64,000 nt of DNA, taken from the IMG/VR virus record IMGVR_UViG_3300037358_000003, positions 37,773 through 101,772 of that record; one strand, given 5' to 3'. The stretch is from a virus. This document shows positions 30,673 to 40,812 of the stretch, one piece after another. A program made the translations under genes and the position numbers. The notes under the pieces were generated by a model. It was given only the letters and a program-made list of their open reading frames with translations, was not told where the DNA came from and did not search any database. The first letter of the stretch is position 1; each line of letters starts with the position of its first letter.

Positions 30673-31602
30673 CTAATCAGTGAGTGACCCAAGCGTCGTT
30701 TTACCGGTGTGGCCGAACGATGTTTGGTGGTGACCGATGCCTTGTGCTGTGGATATGAAGTCACACTCATCGCACTGCGTGTTTTGATTGATTGTCCGTT
30801 TTTGATCGGCACGCTTGTGCTTTCGTACGTCTCGTTCACGGAGACAACTAGCCAAGTTCATACAGATTCTGCAAATCCGACTACCCCTGGGATTGACATA
30901 GGTAGTCTCTTCTGTGAACTCATGACCGTTCTTGCAATGTGTTACATCCGTATTCTGATTACGTGTGCGACCCTTGGCCGCTGCGTCTTTCATATTTCCA
31001 TGAAGGGTATCTAGGAACATGTGATTTGGGTTGACACATGGCGGATTGTCGCAAGTGTGGCAAACAAATAGGCGATTGGGAATTGGTCCGTTCGTCACTT
31101 CCCAGGCAAAGCGATGAGCGTAAACGCGACGCCTACTGTCATCGGTTCTTGATCCGACACCAAACATGCCATATCCGCTGGCGTTTGTGTATGCAGTCCA
31201 CTTCCAACACTCATCATCACTACGAATATCGACCTTGGCCCAAAATGCCGCAATCTTATCAGGCGTTAAATGTTGAATCCACGTATCGGAACGCAATGGA
31301 GCACGACCTGTGCCCTCGTTGGTGAGATCCCATCCTTCGGCAAACCCACGCTTAATCCAATCCCACTCAACCTCATGGGTCAGGTCGTTCGCTATCTCTT
31401 CAATGGCAGCGATAGTGGGTATCACACCATCTGCCAGAAGTGCGCGAATCCATCTATCTCGGCCAGCATTCTTGAGAGTTTTTGCCGAACTCAAATGATC
31501 GACTAAGTGCTCTGATAGAGGACTAACCGTTTGTCCAATGTAACGACAGTTCTCAAGTTCAATTGGTTTGCGTGGATCGTACAGTCCGTAAATGATGGCC
31601 AT
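30673..31602 (-). CDS. GIY-YIG plus HNH double-domain homing endonuclease
   Basis: IIYGLYDPR..RYIGQT; CWKWT..GYG, AHRFAWE, CHTCDNPPCVNPNH; THCKNGH. Confidence 0.88.
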   Translation of the reverse strand: MAIIYGLYDPRKPIELENCRYIGQTVSPLSEHLVDHLSSAKTLKNAGRDRWIRALLADGVIPTIAAIEEIANDLTHEVEWDWIKRGFAEGWDLTNEGTGRAPLRSDTWIQHLTPDKIAAFWAKVDIRSDDECWKWTAYTNASGYGMFGVGSRTDDSRRRVYAHRFAWEVTNGPIPNRLFVCHTCDNPPCVNPNHMFLDTLHGNMKDAAAKGRTRNQNTDVTHCKNGHEFTEETTYVNPRGSRICRICMNLASCLRERDVRKHKRADQKRTINQNTQCDECDFISTAQGIGHHQTSFGHTGKTTLGSLTD

Positions 31603-31701
31603 GGCTTCCCTCCTGAGAGAAAGGGTCGGTTCGGATAGATCGGTCAGTACCAACGCGCTCTCAGACGCGTCAGTACCAACCGAAATCTTTGTGATTGCAG
31701 T

Positions 31702-32682
31702 TTAGTATGCTGTACTTATGTTGTTGGTGACAGTGCAAACGATGGGACTATATCCAAAAGTCACGCTGTTCGACGTGTTGGCCACGGCGGTGAATCCGAG
31801 GTCAAGCTCAACGTAGTTCTTGCCCTGATTGATGACAGGATCAGTAAGTTGTACCGTGTTCATGGTGTATTGAATGCTGTAACCAGTGAATGGGTCTGTC
31901 AGCGTAAACGCCACAACCTGTTGATCGCGTGTTAGCGCATTGGCCCAGTAGGTCTCGCCTTGCTGAACAATAAATGTGCACTTTCCATCCACGGAAATAG
32001 GTCCACAAAAATTACTCACGGCGCTTTCGGAGCCGAGCGCATAGATTTGGCTCGTACCTCTTTTGATATCGAGTGACCAGTTTTCGACGACGTAGACGGC
32101 TGCGCCACCGATGGACGCAGAACAGTTCCATGCCGGAATCAAGTGCTGCGTAGACGATGGAGTGCTGGACACACTAGCCACAACCGTGGGTTGATTGCAC
32201 TTAAACGAAAAAGTGTTTTCGACAGCAGCATCTGCCGCAAAAGAAACGTTCAATGAATCAAGGCGCGATGCGACCATCTGGTAAGTTGCATCTACGCTAT
32301 CTGAAATGAGCGTATAACTTGGCGGCTGACTGCCAGTATTCGGCTGATTCTGCAAGCCGATCGTGTGCGTGTAAAGTCCACCTCCAACAGATGCTACTGA
32401 GTCATTGGAACCAAGTGCTGCACGAAGGAGATTGGGATACACGTCCGTGTAGGTATATGTCTTGCCGTCGAATTGCGCCATGTAGACGCCAGCAACCTTG
32501 TCGTAGATTGCTACCGGCGATCCGCGGAAGTCCGCGTCATCCAGCCACTTGACGCCTGGCGTCACCTTCGGGCTGTTGATCGGCGTCATGGTGCTGATGC
32601 TCGCAGCTGTCCCATAGGTCGATTCGACGGCCATTCCCCAATATGAGTTGGCCGTCATCAGCGGAAGGACTGTACCTGCCAT
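31702..32682 (-). CDS. major tail (tube) protein
   Basis: 326 aa; GMAVESTYGT N-terminus; lies between terminator-like and chaperone genes. Confidence 0.85.
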   Translation of the reverse strand: MAGTVLPLMTANSYWGMAVESTYGTAASISTMTPINSPKVTPGVKWLDDADFRGSPVAIYDKVAGVYMAQFDGKTYTYTDVYPNLLRAALGSNDSVASVGGGLYTHTIGLQNQPNTGSQPPSYTLISDSVDATYQMVASRLDSLNVSFAADAAVENTFSFKCNQPTVVASVSSTPSSTQHLIPAWNCSASIGGAAVYVVENWSLDIKRGTSQIYALGSESAVSNFCGPISVDGKCTFIVQQGETYWANALTRDQQVVAFTLTDPFTGYSIQYTMNTVQLTDPVINQGKNYVELDLGFTAVANTSNSVTFGYSPIVCTVTNNISTAY

Positions 32683-32751
32683 GATTTCTCCTTAGTTCGT
32701 CAACCGATTCCGGCGACTCAATTTGCCCGGTCGAGCCGGTTCGTTAACGGT

Positions 32752-33399
32752 TTACTTGGGTGATGCTAGGTTTGGATTGCATGTACGACAGACTCGATAG
32801 CCTGTGGACGGACTAATCCATGTGTTCTCTGGCGTGTATTCGTGACCATGAATGCAGTGTGTTTTGGGTGGACGTGCACGTCGAGTCGCCGTTTGTTTAG
32901 CGTGGTATTCTGGATCTTGCCAAACTCTTTTTTGGACTTCTGATCGCAATTCGCTGAATCCTGCTGACATTTCATGTGTCGATGGCTGGTTGTCCATACG
33001 CCGAGCACGAATCTCTGGATCTTGCCAGGACAACCGGATCGACTCACTTCTTTGTGCGAGCATTTCTTCCGTCAAAATGCCGCAACCATCTCCACCTTCA
33101 GTTAGGTTGAGCATGGTTGGTCCACCACATAACCTCATGTTGGCGATCCATTCAATCTCCAGGTATCCTTCTATGCTTTGAGTGCATTCCTCCAACAGTC
33201 GGATCTCTGGGCGTACTCCCTCATTCAAGAGTTTTGCTATCCAGCAATATACAGCCGTCGTGGTGGTGCTTCTACCGTCCAACACTCTACGACCTTCGCT
33301 TAGATGTGCGGCCATACGCTGTTTCAATGTTTGTCGGGTTTTCCCAACGTATCGAATACTGTTGACTCGTGGGTCATACAATCCATATATGCAACTCAC
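32752..33399 (-). CDS. GIY-YIG homing endonuclease
   Basis: CIYGLYDPR..IRYVGKT, NLTEGGDG, KTHCIHGH. Confidence 0.88.
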   Translation of the reverse strand: MSCIYGLYDPRVNSIRYVGKTRQTLKQRMAAHLSEGRRVLDGRSTTTTAVYCWIAKLLNEGVRPEIRLLEECTQSIEGYLEIEWIANMRLCGGPTMLNLTEGGDGCGILTEEMLAQRSESIRLSWQDPEIRARRMDNQPSTHEMSAGFSELRSEVQKRVWQDPEYHAKQTATRRARPPKTHCIHGHEYTPENTWISPSTGYRVCRTCNPNLASPK

Positions 33400-33950
33400 G
33401 TAAACAAATCCTCTACGACGTTCAGATGATAAAGTGACTGAAACAGTGTCACTCCACCATCCAGCGTTTTCGGCACATAGTGTTGCGCCTGAATGTCGAT
33501 GCCCCCGTCAATGCCACCCTCTCCCCATTGAAAGATTGTGCCAGTTCCATTCCCGCCATATTCAGCGTTGTCAGTTCCAGCCGTACGGTTCGCTCGTACG
33601 CGAGCAGTGAACGCGTCGCGAAACTCGTTGTATGCTATCTGCCCGCTGATGGTGTCTGGCAAATCACTCTTGAACACGAACAGAAACGCCCACGTGTACT
33701 GAACAAACTTGTGTCCACCACCCCCGTATGGTGGAGGTGGACCACCTAGTGCGATGCGCTCCTCTTTGTTGTCTGTGCAGAACATGTAGATTGTTCCGCC
33801 GAGACCGCAGCCAGGATAGCTGTTTGTGAATAACTCCGCCTCATCGCTAACCTTGGGTAACGACTGGTACAAGACGCCGAGGTTGGGGATGTTGCTTGCG
33901 TTCGGCTCTAGGTAATCGTAGATCGCTTGACTGACTGTTGCGAGCGGCAT
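33396..33950 (-). CDS. putative tail terminator / head-tail joining protein
   Basis: Size and position upstream of the tail tube gene. Confidence 0.55.
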   Translation of the reverse strand: MPLATVSQAIYDYLEPNASNIPNLGVLYQSLPKVSDEAELFTNSYPGCGLGGTIYMFCTDNKEERIALGGPPPPYGGGGHKFVQYTWAFLFVFKSDLPDTISGQIAYNEFRDAFTARVRANRTAGTDNAEYGGNGTGTIFQWGEGGIDGGIDIQAQHYVPKTLDGGVTLFQSLYHLNVVEDLFT

Positions 33951-33953
33951 GAT

Positions 33954-34883
33954 CTAATATCCGACGTACTGTTGTTTGAACGGCATCAACAAATACTCAG
34001 CCTCAGCCCAATCGCTCCCACTGCCCTGAGAGAATCCAGTCTGTTGCTTCGTTGCAGCACCCATGTCGTCCACCAAGAGTGCGCCACTTCCACGCTGCTT
34101 AATCAGTGCAGTGGTGGCGAGAATCGCCGCTTGCTTAACCGCAGGCGGAAGATTTGTGACCATCACACCCGACGCGTGTGCGTATGCAGTCGTACCTACG
34201 AGCGGCACAGTCGTCGCACCTGGAGTGTAACTGGACGCCACTTGGATTAACTCATCGTTTGGCAAGTCGTAGAGCGTTAGCGTGGTGCCTGGATAGATAC
34301 CCACAACACTGTAGGGGGTGATAGATGTAGCACCTGCCGCAACAGATGCTGTCAACGTCGATACGGGATAGCCATTGACGTATGACCACGTGCACGCGTA
34401 TTGAGTGCACGGTATAACGCCAGCCGAACCAAACCCTCCGAAGCCGCCACTTGACCCAAAGCTGGTCGATCCGCCAAAACTTACGATGAACTCTTGCGGC
34501 TCGATCCATATGTTGCCAGCGGGGGTTACTGATGCCGAGTTAGCAAATCCACCACCTGGTGTGATATATGAGAATGCGTCAATTTCCAATATGGGCCAGT
34601 AGCGAGGATGGACACGCAGAGTGCCATCACGACTTGACCATATGCGTGCGTTCTCAATGTTCTGAGTCGCAGCAAGCGTACCGTACGATCCCATGACGAA
34701 CTGGTCAATCCACGATGATGCTCGACCGATCGTTTCTATGAGTGCCGTAGCGTTTGCTTGTGCACCACCTGGGACAAGATTTGCGGTGTCCATGCTCGTT
34801 GGTGACACAGAGTATTCCGTGGCAGTAATGTAGGGAACGCGATTCGTGTACGAAACGTCGTAGCTGGAGTATGCGATTGTCAT
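33954..34883 (-). CDS. head-to-tail adaptor
   Basis: PYIT..EY, RASSWID, LPPAVKQAAI, LLMPF; start at ATG 34883. Confidence 0.75.
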   Translation of the reverse strand: MTIAYSSYDVSYTNRVPYITATEYSVSPTSMDTANLVPGGAQANATALIETIGRASSWIDQFVMGSYGTLAATQNIENARIWSSRDGTLRVHPRYWPILEIDAFSYITPGGGFANSASVTPAGNIWIEPQEFIVSFGGSTSFGSSGGFGGFGSAGVIPCTQYACTWSYVNGYPVSTLTASVAAGATSITPYSVVGIYPGTTLTLYDLPNDELIQVASSYTPGATTVPLVGTTAYAHASGVMVTNLPPAVKQAAILATTALIKQRGSGALLVDDMGAATKQQTGFSQGSGSDWAEAEYLLMPFKQQYVGY

Positions 34884-35212
34884 CAGTTCACCGCCACTAC
34901 ACCGGAGTACAAAACAGGCACCTCTGGATTGTCCGTAATCTTGACGACTATCAGATACACACCAGCGGTCAACGCCACGACGCCACCAGTGGGACCAACA
35001 AGTACCGCAGCCAAATATGGCGACGTATCCGACTGCCATTCGCCAGTGTAATATGTCGTAGTCGTAGTGGGTATCGCACTATTGGCTTGACTCGTATTGG
35101 AGTATGGTCCAAGAAACGCAAACCGCACGGCATCATTCGTCGGATTTATACCTTGCGAATTAGTAACGGGCACTTCGATGTACTGTGTGCTCGTTGCGTA
35201 GATCGAAAGCAT
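34883..35212 (-). CDS. small virion structural protein
   Basis: LVGP...GVY...KITDNPEVPV motif. Confidence 0.65.
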   Translation of the reverse strand: MLSIYATSTQYIEVPVTNSQGINPTNDAVRFAFLGPYSNTSQANSAIPTTTTTYYTGEWQSDTSPYLAAVLVGPTGGVVALTAGVYLIVVKITDNPEVPVLYSGVVAVN

Positions 35213-35222
35213 TCATCCACCT

Positions 35223-36848
35223 TTATTGCGGGCTATCACTTGACCAAACCGATCTTGCGCGCTCCACTGTCCACGTCGTCATCGCTGTTGCCGCATTCCA
35301 CGCCGTTCGTGGCAATCCAATCATCAACCGCACAAATCGACCAGGAATAAGCGTCGATGTCAACGCACCAACAAACGACACCACAGCATTGAAAATGAAC
35401 TCACGCTGACGACTGATCGCACCAATGAAACTTAACGTACTCGCTACGAGCGTTCTACTCACCACACGCGTGGTGCGCCCAGTAAATGTAAGCACCGACG
35501 CAACCGTTCGCGCCGCGCTACGTGTTACCGACCCAGCAAATGTAACGCCACCGACAAACATTCGCTGAATGCGCCTACTGAGCGTGCCAACAAACAGCAA
35601 CGCTCCAGTAAATGCAGCCTTCGTTATTGCTCTAGTAGTCGCCCCGCTAAACGAAATCACGCCACTCAGCGCAACAGACGACGTGCGATTCAACGCACCA
35701 ACGAAACTCACGCTACTTGCAGTCAGTCGTCTCGTCATTGACCGCGCACTTGCACTCACGAACGCAACCGAAGCACTCACGTTGCGAGTAACGCTACGTT
35801 GAGTTGTGCCAATCAATGAGAGTGTGCTCGTCAGCGCCCGCGATGTCTGTCGTGTGCACGATTCAGCGAAACTCAACACTCCGCTGAATGCCGCCTTCGT
35901 GACTTGTCGAGTCGTCGCTCCAGCGAACGTTAGAACGCTTGCCAGTGCAATAACGAATGACCGCGAAATCGAACCCGTCAAGTTGACCGCACCGACGAAT
36001 GTTCTGCTCGTTTGCCTACTCACCGATCCGGCAACGCTCAGGGTGGCATTGAATATCTGCACCATCACAGACGATTCAGTGAGTGTGCCAACGAAACTCA
36101 GTACCGCATTGACCGTGTACACCATGACCGAGTTTTCGGTTAATGCGCCGATAAATGGCAACGTGCCGAACAGTGTCAGCGTGGTCGCCTTGGTCAGTGT
36201 TCCAGCAAACATGAGTGTACTAGTCAGGAGTTGCGTGGTGCCTCGGCCAACGCTACCAATAAACGATAGCGTGCCGTAAAACGTCCTAGTCGTAGCCCTT
36301 GTGAGCGTGCCTGCGAATGTCAACGCACCAGTAAGTGCTCGCCGCGACTGCTTGGAGATCATTCCCTGAAATGACAGCAGATCAACGAGCACTCGATAGG
36401 TCGCTCGCGTCAACGTGTCTGAAGAGGTGACCTTTCCTGTAAACGTTCTGCTCGCAGCCCTGGCGCACGTTCCGACAAAGCTCAAAGCGCCAACAAGTGA
36501 ACGCATGATCGAGCGTGTCACCGCACTAGCGAAACTCACGGTACTAGCCAACTGGCGACCAACCGCACGTGTCGTAACGCCGACGAAACTCAGCACACTG
36601 AATAGCACCACGAACATTGATCGCGAAAGCGACTCCGCAAACGTCACGGCGCCACTCAATGTGCGACTCGTTTGCCTGCCCACTGATCCTACGAACGACA
36701 TTGTTCCAGCGAAGTGTCGAGTCGGACTCTTGACAGCGTTGCCACTAAACGAAAGCGTGTCGCTCAACGTCACATTTTGCGTGGTACCAGCGCCACCGCC
36801 ATACGGAACCGTACCGTAGGTAAATGTCCCGTACGCCCCTGTTGCCAT
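35223..36848 (-). CDS. repetitive virion protein (about 19-20 aa repeats)
   Basis: More than 20 degenerate repeats L(S/T)F.G...R...R. Confidence 0.75.
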   Translation of the reverse strand: MATGAYGTFTYGTVPYGGGAGTTQNVTLSDTLSFSGNAVKSPTRHFAGTMSFVGSVGRQTSRTLSGAVTFAESLSRSMFVVLFSVLSFVGVTTRAVGRQLASTVSFASAVTRSIMRSLVGALSFVGTCARAASRTFTGKVTSSDTLTRATYRVLVDLLSFQGMISKQSRRALTGALTFAGTLTRATTRTFYGTLSFIGSVGRGTTQLLTSTLMFAGTLTKATTLTLFGTLPFIGALTENSVMVYTVNAVLSFVGTLTESSVMVQIFNATLSVAGSVSRQTSRTFVGAVNLTGSISRSFVIALASVLTFAGATTRQVTKAAFSGVLSFAESCTRQTSRALTSTLSLIGTTQRSVTRNVSASVAFVSASARSMTRRLTASSVSFVGALNRTSSVALSGVISFSGATTRAITKAAFTGALLFVGTLSRRIQRMFVGGVTFAGSVTRSAARTVASVLTFTGRTTRVVSRTLVASTLSFIGAISRQREFIFNAVVSFVGALTSTLIPGRFVRLMIGLPRTAWNAATAMTTWTVERARSVWSSDSPQ

Positions 36849-36877
36849 CTCGTTACCTCATTATCGGTGGTACCAGA

Positions 36878-38503
36878 TCAGGCTGGGGTGATTTGTACGA
36901 CCGGCGTTCCTGCTGTGATGGTTCCTGACGTTGTGACGGATAAATAGTAGTCAGCGGGGACATATTGGCTGAACGTGATGACGGTAGCCGCGCTGAGTGC
37001 TGGTGATATGGGGTCCGTGGTTGGCGTGGATGTTGGACCAACGCCAGCGGCGACGGAACCACCAACTGCTGCGGAAATGGGGACTGAGATCGTGGCGATA
37101 ACGTCGTACTCAAGCGGACTTTGTTTTGGTGTGCCAAGTGCTAGTGAACCGAACGCTGTTGTGGCTGTGTGGGAGTCCGTGGGTGCGGTGGTTACTGCGC
37201 CGGTGGAGATGCCCGTTGTAGATAGTGTGTACCAGTGTCCAATTCCATCCGCGTATAGTTGAACCGCTTGATTTTGTAAGAGTTCAAGAGATGAGAATCC
37301 GTCAATGGTATCCCCACTCTGAGTGAGTAGGGTGACTGAAGTGCTAGTGGTATTCTTAATCCAGAGCATCAAGTTGGGATCTACAAAAACCTCTGAGAGA
37401 GGAAGTGCCACGCTTGCGGCGCCACCTTGGCACAAATACACTGGACCCTCACTGCCCGTGAGCGTGACTGGGGTGCTCGAAATACCGTCGTATTGAAGAA
37501 GAGTTTGACCAGTAAGTTGAATACCCTGGTGAAATGTCGTTAATGCGCCAACTGTCAGCGTATCACTTATGTCTGCGGTGCCCGTGACCACTATATCAGG
37601 GAGTGCTGCTCCACCAGATTGTGAGCCTGGGGTCCCCAATACTACGGCTCCATCAATCGCCACGCCGGTACCAGAAAACACTAATGAAGTTCCTAGTGCT
37701 ACTGACGCCTCGTCCGCCAAGTTAGTGTAGATCGGGGTTGCGCCCACCACGGGACTAGATGCAAAACTGGAAACGTTCACGCGGCTACCAAATCCAAATT
37801 GAGTGCCTGTAACATTTTCAGCAACCAGAACATTCCAGTACGTAAATATTTCATCAGCGGTATCGTTGTCTGTGGATCGGGTCATGACCCACGGAATTGA
37901 CGAGCCGTTGCCCAGTGCGGTGACAACGTAGATGCCATCATATATATCGGATGCTAGCAAACTTCCGGAGCCGTCGCTATCACACAGAAAAACACGATCA
38001 CCAATCGCCGGATAGCCACCGTCGATAGATAGTACGTGTACGGGCGAATTCTGTGTGATGTAATCACCTACGCCACCAGCGCCAAGCGATGTGTAAGTGT
38101 ACGCATCTACCCCAAATCCCAAGACTTGACTATAGAGCAACACCCACAACACGGGCGCCAGATACAACGGCCCGTTCGTAGCGTAATCAGTAGCGGACGG
38201 ATTATTGCCCCACGTGCTCGTGAGTGCAGTGTGCGATGTTGGGGGCCAGTTCGTTGCGTCTTCGGCGCCACGTTTGATCGTGCCATCTTTGGAACCAGAT
38301 GTGTAGGCGGTGAGATAGACGATCTCAAAATTGCCGGTGCCGGAGTCGAACGAGAGTTTGATGTAGTCGTCGTCGCCAACGATGGTGGCAAAGTTTGGGG
38401 CCACGTCGAATAGGTCGGTAATGGTTTGGGATTGGCCGACTGAGGCTGAGGTGAGGGAGCTGCCGAGGATGCCGGATTGGTTGTTGTATCGCAACTCTGC
38501 CAA
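36878..38503 (-). CDS. virion structural / fibre-like protein
   Basis: EIVY.T...RGAE, GDRVFL...DGIYVVT..W.MTR.TD; mosaic beta-rich domains. Confidence 0.7.
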   Translation of the reverse strand: MAELRYNNQSGILGSSLTSASVGQSQTITDLFDVAPNFATIVGDDDYIKLSFDSGTGNFEIVYLTAYTSGSKDGTIKRGAEDATNWPPTSHTALTSTWGNNPSATDYATNGPLYLAPVLWVLLYSQVLGFGVDAYTYTSLGAGGVGDYITQNSPVHVLSIDGGYPAIGDRVFLCDSDGSGSLLASDIYDGIYVVTALGNGSSIPWVMTRSTDNDTADEIFTYWNVLVAENVTGTQFGFGSRVNVSSFASSPVVGATPIYTNLADEASVALGTSLVFSGTGVAIDGAVVLGTPGSQSGGAALPDIVVTGTADISDTLTVGALTTFHQGIQLTGQTLLQYDGISSTPVTLTGSEGPVYLCQGGAASVALPLSEVFVDPNLMLWIKNTTSTSVTLLTQSGDTIDGFSSLELLQNQAVQLYADGIGHWYTLSTTGISTGAVTTAPTDSHTATTAFGSLALGTPKQSPLEYDVIATISVPISAAVGGSVAAGVGPTSTPTTDPISPALSAATVITFSQYVPADYYLSVTTSGTITAGTPVVQITPA

Positions 38504-38506
38504 CGT

Positions 38507-39430
38507 TCAGCCTCCGGCGACTATTTGCAATTTGAAGACCCAAAGAATTGAATCACCGTTCTCAACATTCAGGGCAGCGAAAACCTGGCGGTCAAACATC
38601 ACCGGCAAAATCTGATATGTGTCGGCATTTACAGGATCGACACCACTCAATGCGCCCGTAGCGGTTGTATACCATCCAGGCACAGAAATGTCGCCAGTAG
38701 TGTTGCTAGTACAGAGTCCCCAGAATGGAGTAGCGGCGGTCAAGTCCTCGAACACTGTTTGCTGTTGCCCAAGAACGGTCGAACTCGACGCCGTAAACGG
38801 CGCCCCAGTGACACTTGCACTCGTTGCAGCGCCGCTGGTGAAGGGTGATCCGAGGGTTGACGATAGGGTCGCCTGCGAGAACAATCCCCATTCTGTTATG
38901 GCCTCACTGCCACTGAATGAAGTTGTTGCCTGCGTGACGTAGGTGGAGACCGACGCCGTGGAGACAAGTGACTGTGTGCCAGTAACTGCGGTCGTTGTGG
39001 TTGGACTCGCAAGAGTCTCTAGAGCGATGTTATTCTGTGATGCTGCTGCTGTACCAGTTCCAACCGCGTGATAATTCGCTTGAGCAATCGTGTTGGTCAG
39101 GGTTCCGCTGGGGGCTGCCCAATTCCAATCGTTCGCTAGTGACAAAACCGCCACCTGGGTGACGACTCCGCTGCCGATGTCTCTAACATCCTTCAGCTTG
39201 CCATCACCGTCACGATGTACGGCCGTCAGATTGGTTAGCAGGTACTCATTCGCCATGTGCGTACTCACACCACGATCCTTCGTGAACATCACGCGCCCCT
39301 TACCGAAGGGAAGGTTGTACGACTTGACGTTGTGTGGCCTGGGCAGTTTCACCGCATCCAGTGTGCCGCGCATACCCATACTTGACTCTTGCATTTGTTG
39401 CTCCTTAGTTGGTGCTCCATAGGTGGGCAC
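38507..39430 (-). CDS. virion structural protein
   Basis: AVGTGT...AITEWGLF...MFDRQVF.ALNV..GDSI, tail-collar-like pattern. Confidence 0.7.
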   Translation of the reverse strand: MPTYGAPTKEQQMQESSMGMRGTLDAVKLPRPHNVKSYNLPFGKGRVMFTKDRGVSTHMANEYLLTNLTAVHRDGDGKLKDVRDIGSGVVTQVAVLSLANDWNWAAPSGTLTNTIAQANYHAVGTGTAAASQNNIALETLASPTTTTAVTGTQSLVSTASVSTYVTQATTSFSGSEAITEWGLFSQATLSSTLGSPFTSGAATSASVTGAPFTASSSTVLGQQQTVFEDLTAATPFWGLCTSNTTGDISVPGWYTTATGALSGVDPVNADTYQILPVMFDRQVFAALNVENGDSILWVFKLQIVAGG

Positions 39431-40037
39431 GGCTCAAAAATATGTCTCGTCCTTGTTGCATACTGCGTTCGCCCATTGCGTACACTTCATCCATTGGCGC
39501 CATGCCGCGACCAACGTGTAGGTGTTCAATGCGCGCGTCATGGCAAAACGACCAGCGTTCGTGAAACTTTGCGGTTGATCGAATTTCGTCGTCAACGTGG
39601 GAGTGGACGTAGGATTCGCAGGCAAGTTTGCCGGGTTCGTCAATGACACCGAACTTCTCAATATAGGATCGGTTCACAACGAAATGAACGCCAGCCATGT
39701 TGTAGCCGTCATTTAGAGCGATCACCCCACTACCATCTGGCAACTGATGCATGGCAATCATTGCAGATTCAAACCAACCGGGCATGAATGCGATGTCATC
39801 GGCACCCGTCATCACGAATTGTTCTGTGCTCTCGTCTACGCCCCTGTTAATCCTGACAGGCCACGTACCCCCACCATCATCAATGATCGTCACAGGGAGG
39901 GTTCTAGCTACCTCTGCGCACTCGCCAGTAGCGACGATGATGATGCGGTAGTCCGACGTTGATTTCTGTATGCTCTGGACGACTGGTGCTAGACGGTGCG
40001 GGCGCATTGCGGGAATAATCACGGCCACAGTTGCCAC
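39405..40037 (-). CDS. glycosyltransferase family 2-like
   Basis: VAVIIPAMRP, INRG, GADD. Confidence 0.8.
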   Translation of the reverse strand: MATVAVIIPAMRPHRLAPVVQSIQKSTSDYRIIIVATGECAEVARTLPVTIIDDGGGTWPVRINRGVDESTEQFVMTGADDIAFMPGWFESAMIAMHQLPDGSGVIALNDGYNMAGVHFVVNRSYIEKFGVIDEPGKLACESYVHSHVDDEIRSTAKFHERWSFCHDARIEHLHVGRGMAPMDEVYAMGERSMQQGRDIFLSRAHLWSTN

Positions 40038-40039
40038 AT

Positions 40040-40504
40040 CTACCCCGCTTTGTACGTACCGTCGTCCTGCTCAAGTGCTTCGGCCTTCTTACGATCCCTG
40101 CGCCGTTTTTCTTTATCACACTTACATTGTTTGCAATACCGCCAACCGTTTGCATACTGTCCATCGTATGGTCCGTGTCCGTGTGGGCACTCCGTCTTGT
40201 CTACGTTGGGATTTGACCTTCGTATATTGCATGGGGCGCAAGATGGTACGAGATTGTCTGGGTGGTTATTGATCTTGTCAAAGTCAAGATGATCTGCTAC
40301 TAAATCAGTACCCCAAGTAACTGAAGTCTCACAGTGATAACACGGGTGTGTTCCTGGTCCTATCGCATCATACAAAATAACGCGATGCTGATAGGCAAAT
40401 CCTCGCAGCGTGGCTACAGGGTGGCCGTGCGCCTTGACCTGAACATATCCAGAATCCTTCTTGATTGTTCCTTCGCCACGTTTGCGTGTGTGCTTGGTTC
40501 CCAT
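40040..40504 (-). CDS. HNH endonuclease
   Basis: YQHR, ADHLDFDKINNHPDNLVPSCAPCN. Confidence 0.88.
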   Translation of the reverse strand: MGTKHTRKRGEGTIKKDSGYVQVKAHGHPVATLRGFAYQHRVILYDAIGPGTHPCYHCETSVTWGTDLVADHLDFDKINNHPDNLVPSCAPCNIRRSNPNVDKTECPHGHGPYDGQYANGWRYCKQCKCDKEKRRRDRKKAEALEQDDGTYKAG

Positions 40505-40521
40505 GTGCCCTATTCTACAAC

Positions 40522-40812
40522 CTATTCAGCACGGTAAGTGCCGTCATCTTGCTCAATATAGATGCAAGCGCCTGGGCAATTTTCAGCAGCTTCCGCTACA
40601 GCATCCGCAAGATCGTCAGTGAAGTATGCGAGTCCTGATGCACCCTTGAGTTTCGGAGCACCGTTGGCATCTCTACCGTCATCAGAGTCATCCCAATTCT
40701 TGACGTAATATAATCCGTCGTCATGCGACATGAACACGGCGGGTGCGATTTCCTCGCACAATCCATCACCCGTACACAAATCTTGATCAATATAGACTCT
40801 GGTTCGCGTCAC
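40522..40812 (-). CDS. actinobacterial-type ferredoxin
   Basis: IDQDLCTGDGLCEEIAPAVF...AAENCPGACI. Confidence 0.88.
   Translation of the reverse strand: MTRTRVYIDQDLCTGDGLCEEIAPAVFMSHDDGLYYVKNWDDSDDGRDANGAPKLKGASGLAYFTDDLADAVAEAAENCPGACIYIEQDDGTYRAE

Noticed and set aside
32690-32748. Hairpin upstream of the tail tube gene as another pseudoknot copy
   Set aside because: It is structured, but its loop is not complementary to the SD region and the downstream gene is not a nuclease.
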